A stretch of DNA of 64,000 nt from Lama glama (Eukaryota). The position numbers were made by a program, and so were the translations under genes. Each line of letters begins with the position of its first letter. Position 1 is the first letter of the stretch. The stretch is taken from NCBI GenBank assembly GCA_028534125.1, contig CM052816.1, positions 53,446,001-53,510,000 on the forward strand, read 5' to 3'. The notes beneath the pieces were generated by a model that saw only the letters and a program-made list of their open reading frames with translations, had not been told where the DNA came from and made no database searches. Shown piece by piece: positions 39,401-51,215 of this stretch.

Positions 39401-39758
39401 GTAAGCGGGCATGGAGAGGGAGGGACCTGAGAGCCATGTGCGTGTTCCTGCGTGCGTGCAGCACACCCACTGTTCACTGGTTCATGAGGAGGACTGTCTT
39501 CTGTCGGGTTCTAGTCAACAGCAATGTGCTGTCCTCCTTGCTCCCTTTCCCACTTTGACTCCTCGGAAGCAAAGTGTCCACTCTCACCTGCTCCTCTTCA
39601 TTGCTTATTTCCTGGGGTTCTAAGTTGCTAGATTTTGTCTGAGTAACTACTCCTTTTTTGCTTTTCTCGTTAAATTAAAAACATGCTTTCCACGTCATGC
39701 AACCAGGGGGGAATTGCAGTGTGAGAGGCCCACCTGCAGCAGGCACCGTGTGCTGGGG

Positions 39759-40258
39759 NNNNNNNNNNNNNNNNNNNNNNNNNNNNNNNNNNNNNNNNNN
39801 NNNNNNNNNNNNNNNNNNNNNNNNNNNNNNNNNNNNNNNNNNNNNNNNNNNNNNNNNNNNNNNNNNNNNNNNNNNNNNNNNNNNNNNNNNNNNNNNNNNN
39901 NNNNNNNNNNNNNNNNNNNNNNNNNNNNNNNNNNNNNNNNNNNNNNNNNNNNNNNNNNNNNNNNNNNNNNNNNNNNNNNNNNNNNNNNNNNNNNNNNNNN
40001 NNNNNNNNNNNNNNNNNNNNNNNNNNNNNNNNNNNNNNNNNNNNNNNNNNNNNNNNNNNNNNNNNNNNNNNNNNNNNNNNNNNNNNNNNNNNNNNNNNNN
40101 NNNNNNNNNNNNNNNNNNNNNNNNNNNNNNNNNNNNNNNNNNNNNNNNNNNNNNNNNNNNNNNNNNNNNNNNNNNNNNNNNNNNNNNNNNNNNNNNNNNN
40201 NNNNNNNNNNNNNNNNNNNNNNNNNNNNNNNNNNNNNNNNNNNNNNNNNNNNNNNNNN
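39759..40258. other. Assembly gap (500 N)
   Basis: Run of N. Confidence 0.99.
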
Positions 40259-41959
40259 GGCAGAATTACACTCACGCCCAAAACACTGAAAAACGTTACC
40301 AAAGCTTAGGGAAAGTCAAAATAACCATGTCAATGAAGGGAAGCTAGCACGAAACATTTATTAATCTTTCGGAAGAGCCCTGGTTGACCAGAGAGGCATA
40401 TTTCTGCTCAGTTTGCCCTGACTGTATTGTATTTGTTAATTTTGGATGACTTCCTGCCTTTATTATGAGTTTTATCAATATGTGTGGCATGCAGGTGAGA
40501 CTCCTGCTTTGTCACCCCGAGGGATGCTTTTCGGCCTGAGAAACTTAGTGCTTTCTAGCAGTGTGCAGTAGGGTGGGACATCTTGGGCTGTATCACCACT
40601 GTCCGTCTTTTGCAGTCAATTTGCAGCAAATTACAGCTATCCTTTAGTCTCAAAGACTGTTCATGTGCAGTTTTTAATAAGGGGCTAGTCCAGTGAATTT
40701 AGTCTCTAAGAATGTGGATTAGTCCACCAAATCTTTTGGTGCTCTCATTTGCTATTTCACATAAATGGCAAGAGTGTTCATTCTGGCACAAAGACTAGTA
40801 CATATTTTAGGTATTATTCATACACTCCAGTGACTTATTCTTGACTTTTCTCTTTCTCTGTATCAGGCCTCTGGGAAGAAGGGTTGGGGAGAAGGAAGTG
40901 GTAGCACGCCCATGACAGTGTTAGTCCTTTGGTCACCTGTCTCTTCCAAAAGTCTCGATTTGCTAAAAGAAATATTTCTCCCCAGCCCTTTCACGTCTGT
41001 TCCCCATGCATACATACAGCATCTTGAAAGTCTGAAATTACTCACAATTCCTGTATAGACATATTGTGCCTCTTGAAGGGTCACTGATCTAAGGCTAAGA
41101 ACTGAAACTGTGGGAGAGCTGGGCTGAACGCTGGTCAGCCAACTCCCTTATGTTGGTGGGGGGTCAGGGCCACATCTGTAAGGGATGCTCAGTGGGCTGT
41201 TTCTCCCCTAATACAGGTCTATACCAGGCAGTTCAAGCCAACAGAAATGGCCCCTGTGGTCCTTGAATCTGTGGTGAGAGAATTGCCCCTTCCCCCACCT
41301 CCCAGTGTCTCAGGCAGCTGGCTTGCTTTCTGTCCTCTTGGCCGGTCTGTAAGAGCATCCGGTCAGCCTCAGCCAAGTACTTGCTGCAGCTGTGAGCATC
41401 AGTCTTTCTTCTCCCCACACTCCCCTCTCTCAATCCTGGATTTATTCGACACTGAAACAAAGGGTGAGAAAGGAGGCTGTTGGCAGAGCAACAAAAGGCT
41501 GTTTTAGAAGTACACTCAGATTGTGTCTGTTCTTACAACTTGCATTTTGACACTTTTGTAAAACGTAACTGGGTGAAAAATTACAAGATATTGTAAGCAT
41601 ATTTCTTTACTGCACCTAATCTTAAAGGCCACAGGCTTGCTTGTATAGCTGTCACTGTCCTGAGTATAACGTAAATCATCCAAATCTTAGCATTTTCATT
41701 TTAGAATCTGCTACCTCAGTGGAGATCTCAAAATCTAGGTTACTTACAAAAAATAAAAAGACAACTGTTGACTATTAAGCCAATCCAGGTAGCAGGGTTT
41801 GCCTTCAAGGCCGCACCTCATGGTGGGCACCCAGCTGACACTTCCTACATACTTGTGCGCAGGCGCCCTAGCTGTTCAGTGCCCACCCTCGGCAGCAATT
41901 AGAGCTCAAGCCTCACCTGGCACCGGCTCAGCCCTGACCCCACCTTAAAGCGGCTGTGG

Positions 41960-42115
41960 AATGTTGACCCACGTCACCCCATCTCTAAGCCTCTGTTTCC
42001 TCACTTGGAAGATGGACATAGTAGTAGTACACACCTCAGGGTTGTTTTGAGGATCCAATTAGATAACATGTTGAGAAAGCCTTTTAAGCATAATACTTGG
42101 CACATAGTAAATGGT
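41960..42115 (+). mobile_element. MIR SINE
   Basis: tctctaagcctctgtttcctcac...acctcagggttgttttgaggat...ttggcacatagtaa. Confidence 0.75.
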
Positions 42116-45100
42116 ACGTGGTAGCTATGTGATGACTGTTAAAGCACTTTTGCTTTCTTGGCAGGTTTTAGTACATTTTTTTCATTTCCTAGAATTGCTG
42201 CATTCTAAGGAATAGGGGTGTCTTTTATGGTCTTGAGAATTGACCTTGTTCTGTTGAAATCAAACATGACTCTGTCGTACAGAGCCGTTCCCTGGCCCCT
42301 TAATAGTTGCCCTGTTTCAGCTGAAGAGCACAGAGCAGTCCCGTGGCTCTGACATGCCTCTGGGTGTCCTCGGGTATTTTTTTTAAAAGCTGAAGATGGC
42401 AGCTGAATTGACAGGAAAACAAAGAACTTCTTCCTCTCACTCCTCTTCCCTTGACACACGCATTCTCCATTTCTTTCCTTTCTGGAGACGGCTTCTAGCG
42501 GCTGAGTCCTGATTGCGGGTGGCTTCTCAGGCTCCCCTCGCGGAATAAATCACAAGCTGATTGGTCTTCACTGGGTGAGGACTCGTCCAGGACTTGTCAG
42601 ACCAGAAACACACATCAGTTCATATCCCTCTGGGTTTCATTAAAAAAGCTGGGGAGTCGGCCAGCAGGGTCGTTTTTGCCAGCTGCTTTCCTTAGGTTGT
42701 GACCTGGATGTGGTCCACAGTGAAAGCGTCAAACACAGAGATCCAGGTTTTCCATGACAGCATTGAGCAGTTTGGTTTGGGAAGTGCACGTAGGGCCCTC
42801 TTAGAAGTCCGTGGAATCCCCAGTGACTCGGGTTTGGGACAGAGCCATTCCCATGAGCTCAGGAGTTGGCTCGCTCGTGCTGGCTTGGGCTGTTCCACTG
42901 GGATTGCCATGGGGGTTGGAACCGCACACAAGCTGCCGGCCCGGCGGCCTGCCGTCTCCATCTCCGTCTCCCCTCGGGTGCTGTGTGCTGCGTCGGGTCT
43001 GGTTGGCTCTCACGCCCTCTACTCGCTGTAGCCCGCTGTCTGTCTACACCCGTTTCAGCCAACAGGATGGCCTCGGCGAGCAGCTCCCCGAGTCTGGAGC
43101 GACCGTGGTGGGGCGGACCTCGCGCGCCGCTGGGCAGGGCTGGAGGCTGTGCTCATGGTCTTCGCTCTCTGCAGGGGGAGCTCAGGGCCCGCTGCGCAGT
43201 GACTGAGCGGGAAGGACAATATGAAAAAAGAAGGGAAAGGAGTAAAAGGAGAGGAATCAGAGGGAAGACCAGCGGAAGGTTTTGTCTTTGCCGCTCGTAG
43301 ACGTGCTTTGCGGTCGGTGGGCACGCGTGTGGAAGTACCCATTGGTGTATGAGACGCGGCGATCATTGTCGGAGGCTTGGCATTCTCGGTGCTATGTTTC
43401 ACAGGGTGAAGGATAATCTTAGTATCAAGATAACCGCAGCCCAGCCTGCTCGCAGCATCCATTTTGACTTATCTCATATCCTGTCTATTCACTCCCAGCC
43501 AAAAAGACTAGATCAGTCCCTGGAGAGGAGAGAACTGAGGACAGGGCTTGGGAAGCACACACAGGGAGAGGGTATGAGTTTCCTGCCTCTCGCAGAGATC
43601 TGGCCCCATAATTTTACACCTGAAATACTCAGCTGATTTCCTCTTCATAAAGTAGTGTGACCTGCGTTGCTCAGCTTCAAAGAAAAGGCATGAGGGAAGT
43701 AGAGGAAGCATCCCCCACTCCTCCTTAGAACCAGACACTGGCAGCTTCTGGCTGTCAGAAGGAGGCACTTGATTTCTGGCTCTCCAGACAGGTAATGCCT
43801 CCAGCAGAAGTTAGGTCTGAATCAATATGAGTACCACTGATGATGATGACACATTTACTAATTCATCAACCTTGAGGAATCCCTTGGTAAAAACTAAAGA
43901 ATGCAGAAATGTTACAAGGCAGGACAGAATTAAATTTCAGTGCAAGGAGCTTTTATTGGATGCCCACTAAGTGCCAAAACCTGTAGACACAGGTCTACAG
44001 TTCCTTGAGTTTCTGCTCCCAAGCCATGTTAGAGAGTCTTTGTTTCATAAGGTATACCCTAGAAAAGCAAAAAACAAAACAAAACAAAAACAAAAAGAAA
44101 CCATCATATATAAAGGAACAAAGAATTCAACTGTATCGTTAGATGCAAACTGCCTAAGAGCAAATAGACCAAGCAGGCATTAATTTGAGCAAATCTAGGG
44201 ACGGAGCTCTCTTTAAAGAATCAGTTGGAAAATCTAGAAGAAAATTGCAAACTCTCTTAAAATTCAGATATAATATGCAATTGATACACAAATAAATAGT
44301 GGATTGCTATGGTAACCACTTATTGTATACATAAATATGAAGCCACAGATGATGTATGTTCAAATTTCGTTAACAAATAATTGCTTAAGTATGGCTCTGA
44401 ACATTTTCACAAGCGGTTCAGCTACTCTGTTTTAAGAACTTAGTACAAGGGAGGTACTCTGCTAAGCTGTGACGTCACTCTAGGTGTCATCAGCATTTCC
44501 CGGGAAGAACTGTGCTGTAGCCCAGGCAGCCATGTCTGCATTCACTTGTATCTAGTCTTGCCAGTAGCTTTATTAAATGGCCCGCCGTTTCTTTTTCTAA
44601 AAGATAGCCCTCAGTACAGGTGAAAGGTAAAATACGCATATTGAGAAAATGAAGCCAACATTAAAAACTTCAAACCGAAATACTCAGTGGCTCTATGTTC
44701 AGAATTTGGAAGCAGCCTCAGGGCCCTTGTGTTGAAAAGATAGCACCGGCTTGGTTGTAGGAATTATTTAACATTATCTGGACCCCAGAACTTTAGTTGG
44801 CAAGAAATTTACTGTCCTGAAAATTTCAGAGCTCAATCACTAAGTTTTTAAAGAGTCTTTTTTTTATTCTGCTATACACTGCATTTTATTTATTTTGGTA
44901 GCTTATTCTGAATTGTCAGTGTATTTTGGTCATAGTCAAATAGGAGCTCTTTCTAATCCTACATGTTGGATGAATAATTTATCAAGAAATATTTCATAAA
45001 TTTCTTCCATTTGCATAGGAACAGTTTAGCAAACAGCTTCTCACGTGGAATGCAAAGTAAAACTTTACCACTAACTCCTGGGAAGGAATAATCTGGCTAA

Positions 45101-45942
45101 AGTAGTTTGTTGGGATGCATTTTAACAGGTAAGAGTTAAGGCTTTGGAAGCTGCCAGGGAAGTAATTTGCATATAAACGTGAATCATGGCTGAGAAAGGC
45201 TTAGGAAGGCTTCAGTGTGGGAGAAACTGCAACTTTCTTACAGATTGCTTCTCCACATATTCTAGGGGCATCCAGCAGCTCTTAATTGATGGTCATCAAT
45301 ATTGAGTAACTGTAACAGAAGCATCCTCTGGGGGCCTTGGTTGTGAGGTCTCTTTATGACAACTATGCTGATTGTCTTCCAAAGAATTCTCTTTATTGCT
45401 TTGTCATCCGTTCTCTACCCCCCCCCCCCCGCAAGAGTAGTTTTCTTGTCACTTATAATTCCATGGAAGTGTTTTTAGTAGAACACAAGTACCCTACTAG
45501 ACTCCTCCAGGGAGACGGTATAAGCATTAATTCAGGCTTTAAAAAAAAATGACACCTAATCCTTCACTTTTCCTCTCTTTCCCCTCAGAAAGTCTTGTTG
45601 GTTAAAAGCCTCTACTGTTATAGATCATGTACTATAATGACATGCAGATATAATCTGCTCTGCAGACACTGTGGTCATCAGCTGAAAACACTTTTCATGA
45701 CCAGTGAACTGACCTCCCATTTCTGATCTGGCCTTCGAAGCAGAGTTACAAAACGTCAAAGGTGAGCCCAGTCTGGCTTGTCCATAAACCCTTGAAACTT
45801 GAAAATGAGGTGCAGTGAAAACAGGTTTAGATTCTGAATTCCAAAGAGAGAACTCAGAATCTCTTTACTTTTTACCCTATTACTTGCACAATAAACAGCC
45901 TTCTTAGATAGGTGTCCCCATCCTAACACAGGCACTGTTCAG

Positions 45943-45984
45943 ACACACACACACATACACACCCACCCACACACCCACACACCC
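45943..45984. repeat. Imperfect (CA)n microsatellite
   Basis: Direct read. Confidence 0.85.
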
Positions 45985-46046
45985 AGCAGCCTTTCACTCA
46001 CTAGTTACTGCCCTTGAACAATCACTGGTCCACTCTGCTAAGGTTT

Positions 46047-46505
46047 TGTCAACAAAAAACACAACATGAGAATTGTGAGTTCAGTTTTATTTGGGACAAA
46101 ATGAGGACTCTAGCCCAGGAGACAGTGTCCCACGTAGCTCTGAGTAACTACTCTGAAGAAGTAGGTGGGGAGGTCAGTGTATGTGTGATTTTGGTGGAGG
46201 TGGTACAGGCAATCGAGCACACATTTTTGCAGAAGGTTGCTGCTAGTCACAAGGAGCAGACGTGTACGTTAATGATTTTAGTGCTTTTCCAGATATGGGA
46301 AGATGAAAGAATTTGGGCTCATAAAATCTTCTGAAAATAGATAACTATCTGAGGGCCTGTTCTGCCGGTTTTTCGCAGAGCAGAGTGCCTCATTCCTGAT
46401 CTCCACCCTGAATTCCTTTCAGAGTGTGTTGATGATCGGTGACTGCAGTGGCTAGTGACTTCATCCTTGTAGAGGCAGATGGCAAGTGCCAATCTTTAGC
46501 TGGCA
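46047..46505 (-). mobile_element. ERV1-type (MER41-like, cetartiodactyl) solo LTR (459 bp)
   Basis: TG...CA termini with 4-bp TSD GTTT (46043-46046, 46506-46509); minus-strand AATAAA at 46086-46091. Confidence 0.85.
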
Positions 46506-48399
46506 GTTTCCACTAGTCCTCAGCAAAAATGAGAAAGATAAGATTTCATAGTGCTTAATGTATTCAGTTGAAAGAAATGTCCTTTATTTTCAGATTACAT
46601 CCTTTACCTTTTTGTGTTAAAATACCCTTTATTTTATGAAATGATAATGAGGGGAGATAATGGTTATTTTTAGTGTCCTTCTATTAGCAAAAGAAAAAAT
46701 ACGGACCTATCAGGTATTTTTCTGGCTATTGTGCTAGTGTCTGAAGTCCAGAAGCGTGGGAACCACTCTGCTAGAATATGAGCAAGGGTGTCTGGATTGT
46801 GACTTTTTCAGTTTTCTCTCTCGTGTTCAGAACGAGGCCTGCTGCATGCACACTAGATGCTCAGTGTTGCTCACTGACGGAAACAGTCTGTGCTGTGCTC
46901 ACGGATCCATGCTAGAAACTGTTTCTTCCTAGACACGAGGAAAGAGTAAAGGATTTAGCAAATGCTGCTAAATTCTGGCATGTACTCTGCCCTCCCAAAC
47001 AGAGCATAATTCATGGAGTCATCATTAATGGGGCTTAACAGTTATCTGAAGAACCAATAAGAATTATTTCAAAACTAGGAATCACTAAAACCAAATTCTG
47101 TTTGGGCTTTAAAGAATAAATTTTCATTGAAAAATTGAAAAACCTTAGTGGCCAAAGTGATTTCAAAGAGAGATTAACCAAAGGTGGCAATTCGTGGGCA
47201 GAACTCCTTGATTCATGCTGTAACAAATAATTTATATTACTCTTATCTATAAATACTGATTAAATACTCCTCTGACTCTGAATGGTTAACCAACATTTTG
47301 GTACTGAGGAGGGCGGCCTGTCCTGGCATTTGGAGGTCAAGCAGGCTGGAATACCATTGCTAATTAGCTTGGAGGCTTGGGAGGCAAGGACCAGAACTCT
47401 TCTTAGGTGGAAGAGCCCTGGGGGCCACCATCCTGGTGTCTGCAGTTGTTATAACTAAGATTTCATGAGAGCCCGATGCCTTAGATTGAGAGCAGCATCC
47501 CCTGAACGTAGACATCAAGACAGGCAGATCTCTCGTTAACACAGGATTGACTAAAACCTACAGCGTACCTACTGCCTTCTGGCCATGGTGCAAGAAGTCA
47601 GGGTTAGGAGGAGTCAAGACAAAGATCCTCAGCTCTATGAATTAAGAAATGCTAGTTGTAGGAGGAGAGATGGTTAAACCTTGGCCTGGCCTGCTGGAGG
47701 AAGGATGTAATTTGGGGGCTGTCTGAGAATGCTCTCGGTGCTCGATTTTGTCTAATTGGCTACAGATGTCTCTCCTGGCAAGTTCATGGGATACAGTTTT
47801 TTTTTTTTTTTGTGGCTCATTCTATGGATGGCATTAGTATTGTAGGTGGATGTGCAATTTCAGATGGTTCCCAAGCACACAGACCCTCAGAACAAAGACT
47901 GGAATGTGAGCAGCTTATACGGCTTACACTTTCTCCTTGTGGTCTGATGGGTTTTGTGCTTTATTTGCACTTATATGCTCACACAGATCCTGCAGAAGAG
48001 GACATCATAATGAACCTCACATTGTTTTGACCTGTTCATAGGTTTTCCTTCTATAAGTTTCTTTGGCCAATGGCAGCCATTTCCAGGTGACACTCAGATT
48101 GTAATGTAAGAGACAGGGTGGATGGAACCTCTTTACCCTGTCCTTGTCTTGCAGTAGGGGTAGCAAATCCACCGGCCTGAGAATAGGTGAGCTTTTGTTT
48201 TGGGGCAGCCTTCCCCGCCCCATCCTCCCCTTGCAGCACTCCTGTGGGTTTTCCACTTGATAATTGTTCATCGTCTGCTCTATAACCTTGCATAGGGTAA
48301 GCAAGCCAGCTTTTGAGTACATATTGGTCTCCCCTCTTCAGGTGGACAAACGCTTTTGTTTTGGAAGCTAGTCTTTGGTTTGCAGTAAAGCAGCAGTCC

Positions 48400-48620
48400 A
48401 GGGCAGGGGCTCTGGAGTGGACTGTGGAACCAGTACTGCCTGGACTGGAGTCCCAGCTCCACCACTGATTAGCTGTGGAACCTTACTTGATCCCCCTGTG
48501 CCTCATCTGTCAAGGATAATATTACTGGTACCAGCCTCATAAGATTGTCACAAAGACTAAATGAGTTACATTAAAGTGCTTAGCCAGTGCCTGGCACACT
48601 GCAGTGCTCAGTAAGCATTC
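48400..48620 (+). mobile_element. MIR SINE
   Basis: agtcccagctccaccactgattagctgtg...cctcatctgt...gtgcctggcacac...ctcagtaa. Confidence 0.75.
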
Positions 48621-50389
48621 ACGGCTGCCGCTGTCATTAGAACAGTTACCATTATGATATAAAAGGTTCTCATCACCTGCTCAAACTTCCAGCTTTAGTT
48701 AAAGGATTAGTTGTGAATGTATAAAATCAGGGGAGGGTATTTATAGTTTAAACTCCATGTCATCTTTACTTGAAATCTACCATTTTTTACCTTAGAAGAT
48801 CTTTCTAAGAGGTTCTTCCAAAGATGAAAAGACTCAAAAGGAAAGGAGAATCAGAAATGACATGTGAAGTAGGTCAACAACACAGTATGTGTAGAGGACT
48901 GCGTCACAGGCACTTAGTGTGTTTTGGGGATGGAGATGGAGACATAGAAGCCAAGGAAAAGGACATACTCCTTATTGCTGGCAAGTTTACAATCAAATAG
49001 GAGTTCATCTGAGCCAAAAATGCATACTTCAAGCATCTAAAAGAACTTGGAACCAGTGTTTTATTGTTGGACAAATGCATAGACTGTAACAAATGTCACA
49101 GTAAGACTTTTTATTATCATTGTTCTGGATAATTTTCCAGATAGTTGGTTAATCATTTATTTGTAATTTTTATTTACACTTTTTACCCATGAAATTCTGT
49201 TCTCTCTCTTCTTGCTTAAAACAGTGTATGTGGCCTAGTTTAGCTTTGTCTTGGTGAGAATGATCACTGCAGAGTGTCTCCAAAGTCCCTGCCCATGAGA
49301 TGCATACAGGTTCATACTATGATCTTTGGGAAGAGAAGAGCTTGATAGTAGATTCGTTGGATGGGGAACTGGATGTGGTCTAATGTAGTACCTTCCTCAA
49401 AGCACAGTGTTAATACCTGACAGTTTGCCTTGGAGTATTTATTGGAAAAGAGAAACTGTCCCTATCTAACAGCAGTTGATGACTTACAACTAGCTACTAG
49501 GGACTGCCAAAATGACTTCCAACTGTCAGTATGGAAGATGACTTGGGGAAAACTACAAATTTAGATAGAAAAGAGCATAGGGCAGGCATAGGGTTGCTGT
49601 GTATCACCCTGACATCAGCTGTTCTGCCACCTGAGGGCCCCAGACTTAGAATTAAATAACTACACAGGTTATTCCTCTCAGAAGGGGAGACTCCGCCCAG
49701 TCCCTGCCCAACCCGAGGCTGGTCTGGGACACCGCCCACAGGGCTGCTGACTGGAGAGCGAATTTCCTGGGCAGTAGCGGTCCTCCACTCCCGCCTCAGT
49801 GCTGGCACTTTCTGTTGGTCTTTCCAGTCTCCAGGCTCATATTGCTTCTAGACACCATCCTTAACTCTTCTGCAAACGGCCATGTCCTCCTCCTTCCTCA
49901 TTCCCCCACTACCCCTGTGCCACCCGTCAGGTTTCTGAACTTCCCCAGGTTCATCCCTGCACTGCTGCTCCCGCCCAGCGGCCATCCTGGGCGGTCCCCA
50001 CCATCAGCGTCAGCGCAGCTTGTCTTTTCAGATGTCCTTGCCGCAGCCAAGGTAGTTGGAAACAGTTTCAGAGTTTTGAGGCTAAATGACCTCTAGATTA
50101 TGGAAAACTTACTACATTCAATTGACTTACCACTTTTTTTCTACGTGGTCTCCCAACAAACATCTATTTTCTGTAGTCAGAAAGGAGGTTTTCAGTGTTT
50201 GCAGTCAGTCCCGTGGTTTGGTCCTTGTGTGTTTCATTAGTAAGTGTGGCTGGTGTGCTCTTGGCCAGGATGGCCAGCCCCTGGGAGTCACGTTATGGAA
50301 TGAAGCTTTTCTTCCGACCATTTAAAAACTTGGCAAGAACTTAAAATGGCTTCATTTTAAAATATAACAATCTACATCACAGCACTCTA

Positions 50390-51215
50390 TCTTTTCATCC
50401 ATGCAACAAATATTTACTGAGCACCCATTACATGTCAGACATTACTCTAGGCAGCTGGGAGGAAGTGCACTAAGTTGTCTGTCCCCATGGGGTTTACATT
50501 CAAGCTGCTCGAGACAGACGATCAGACACATAAGTAAATTATACGTTAAAAAGTGATGGGTCCTATGGAAGGAAAAAACAAGGTGTAGCCAAGGGTAAGG
50601 AGGGTTGGGATAAAGGGGGAAACTGCAGTATTAAGCGGGGTGGTCAGGGTAGGATTCAGTGAGAAGAGAGAGAGGAGTCGGCCACGTGGGCAGTCAGGGG
50701 AAAGAGCTCTTCTGACAGCAGGAATAGTCAGAACGAAGGCCGGTGGGCTTTGCCAGCAGAGCAGTGTGGGTTCTCAGGGACAGAGAAGAGACAAAGATGA
50801 TTCTAAGGTTTTTAACCGGAACAGATCTAAGAACTGAATTCCTATTTCTGAGATGAGATGTGAGGGGCAAAGACCAGGTTTGGAAGTGGGAAGTGGGAAT
50901 CAAGAGTTAGGTTTGTACCTAAGTTTCAAGTACCTTGTTAGACATCCCAGAGGAGTTCAAGTAGGATGAACTGGATCTGCAAATCTGGAGTTGAGAGTTG
51001 GAGGTGAAAATTCAGGAGATGTCAGCCAGCAGGTAGCATTTAAAGCTGTAGGACCAAGTGTGATCAATAAGGAGCATGGAGAGGAGGACAGAGGCCTGAG
51101 GCCGGGGCCCCCCGGTGTTTGGAGACCTGGCAGGCGAGGAAGAGCAGCAAAGGATACTGAGATGGGAAAGCCCACAAGGCTTCCCACCTGGAGGCAGAAC
51201 ACTGACAGACGATCT
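50390..51215 (-). mobile_element. L2 LINE fragment including its 3' end
   Basis: tcatccatgcaacaaatatttactgagcacc is the reverse complement of the L2 tail; internal L2-like segments (gatgattctaaggttttt, gacatccc...ggag). Confidence 0.75.

Noticed and set aside
39670..40347. Long ORFs around the second gap
   Set aside because: Artefacts of the N run
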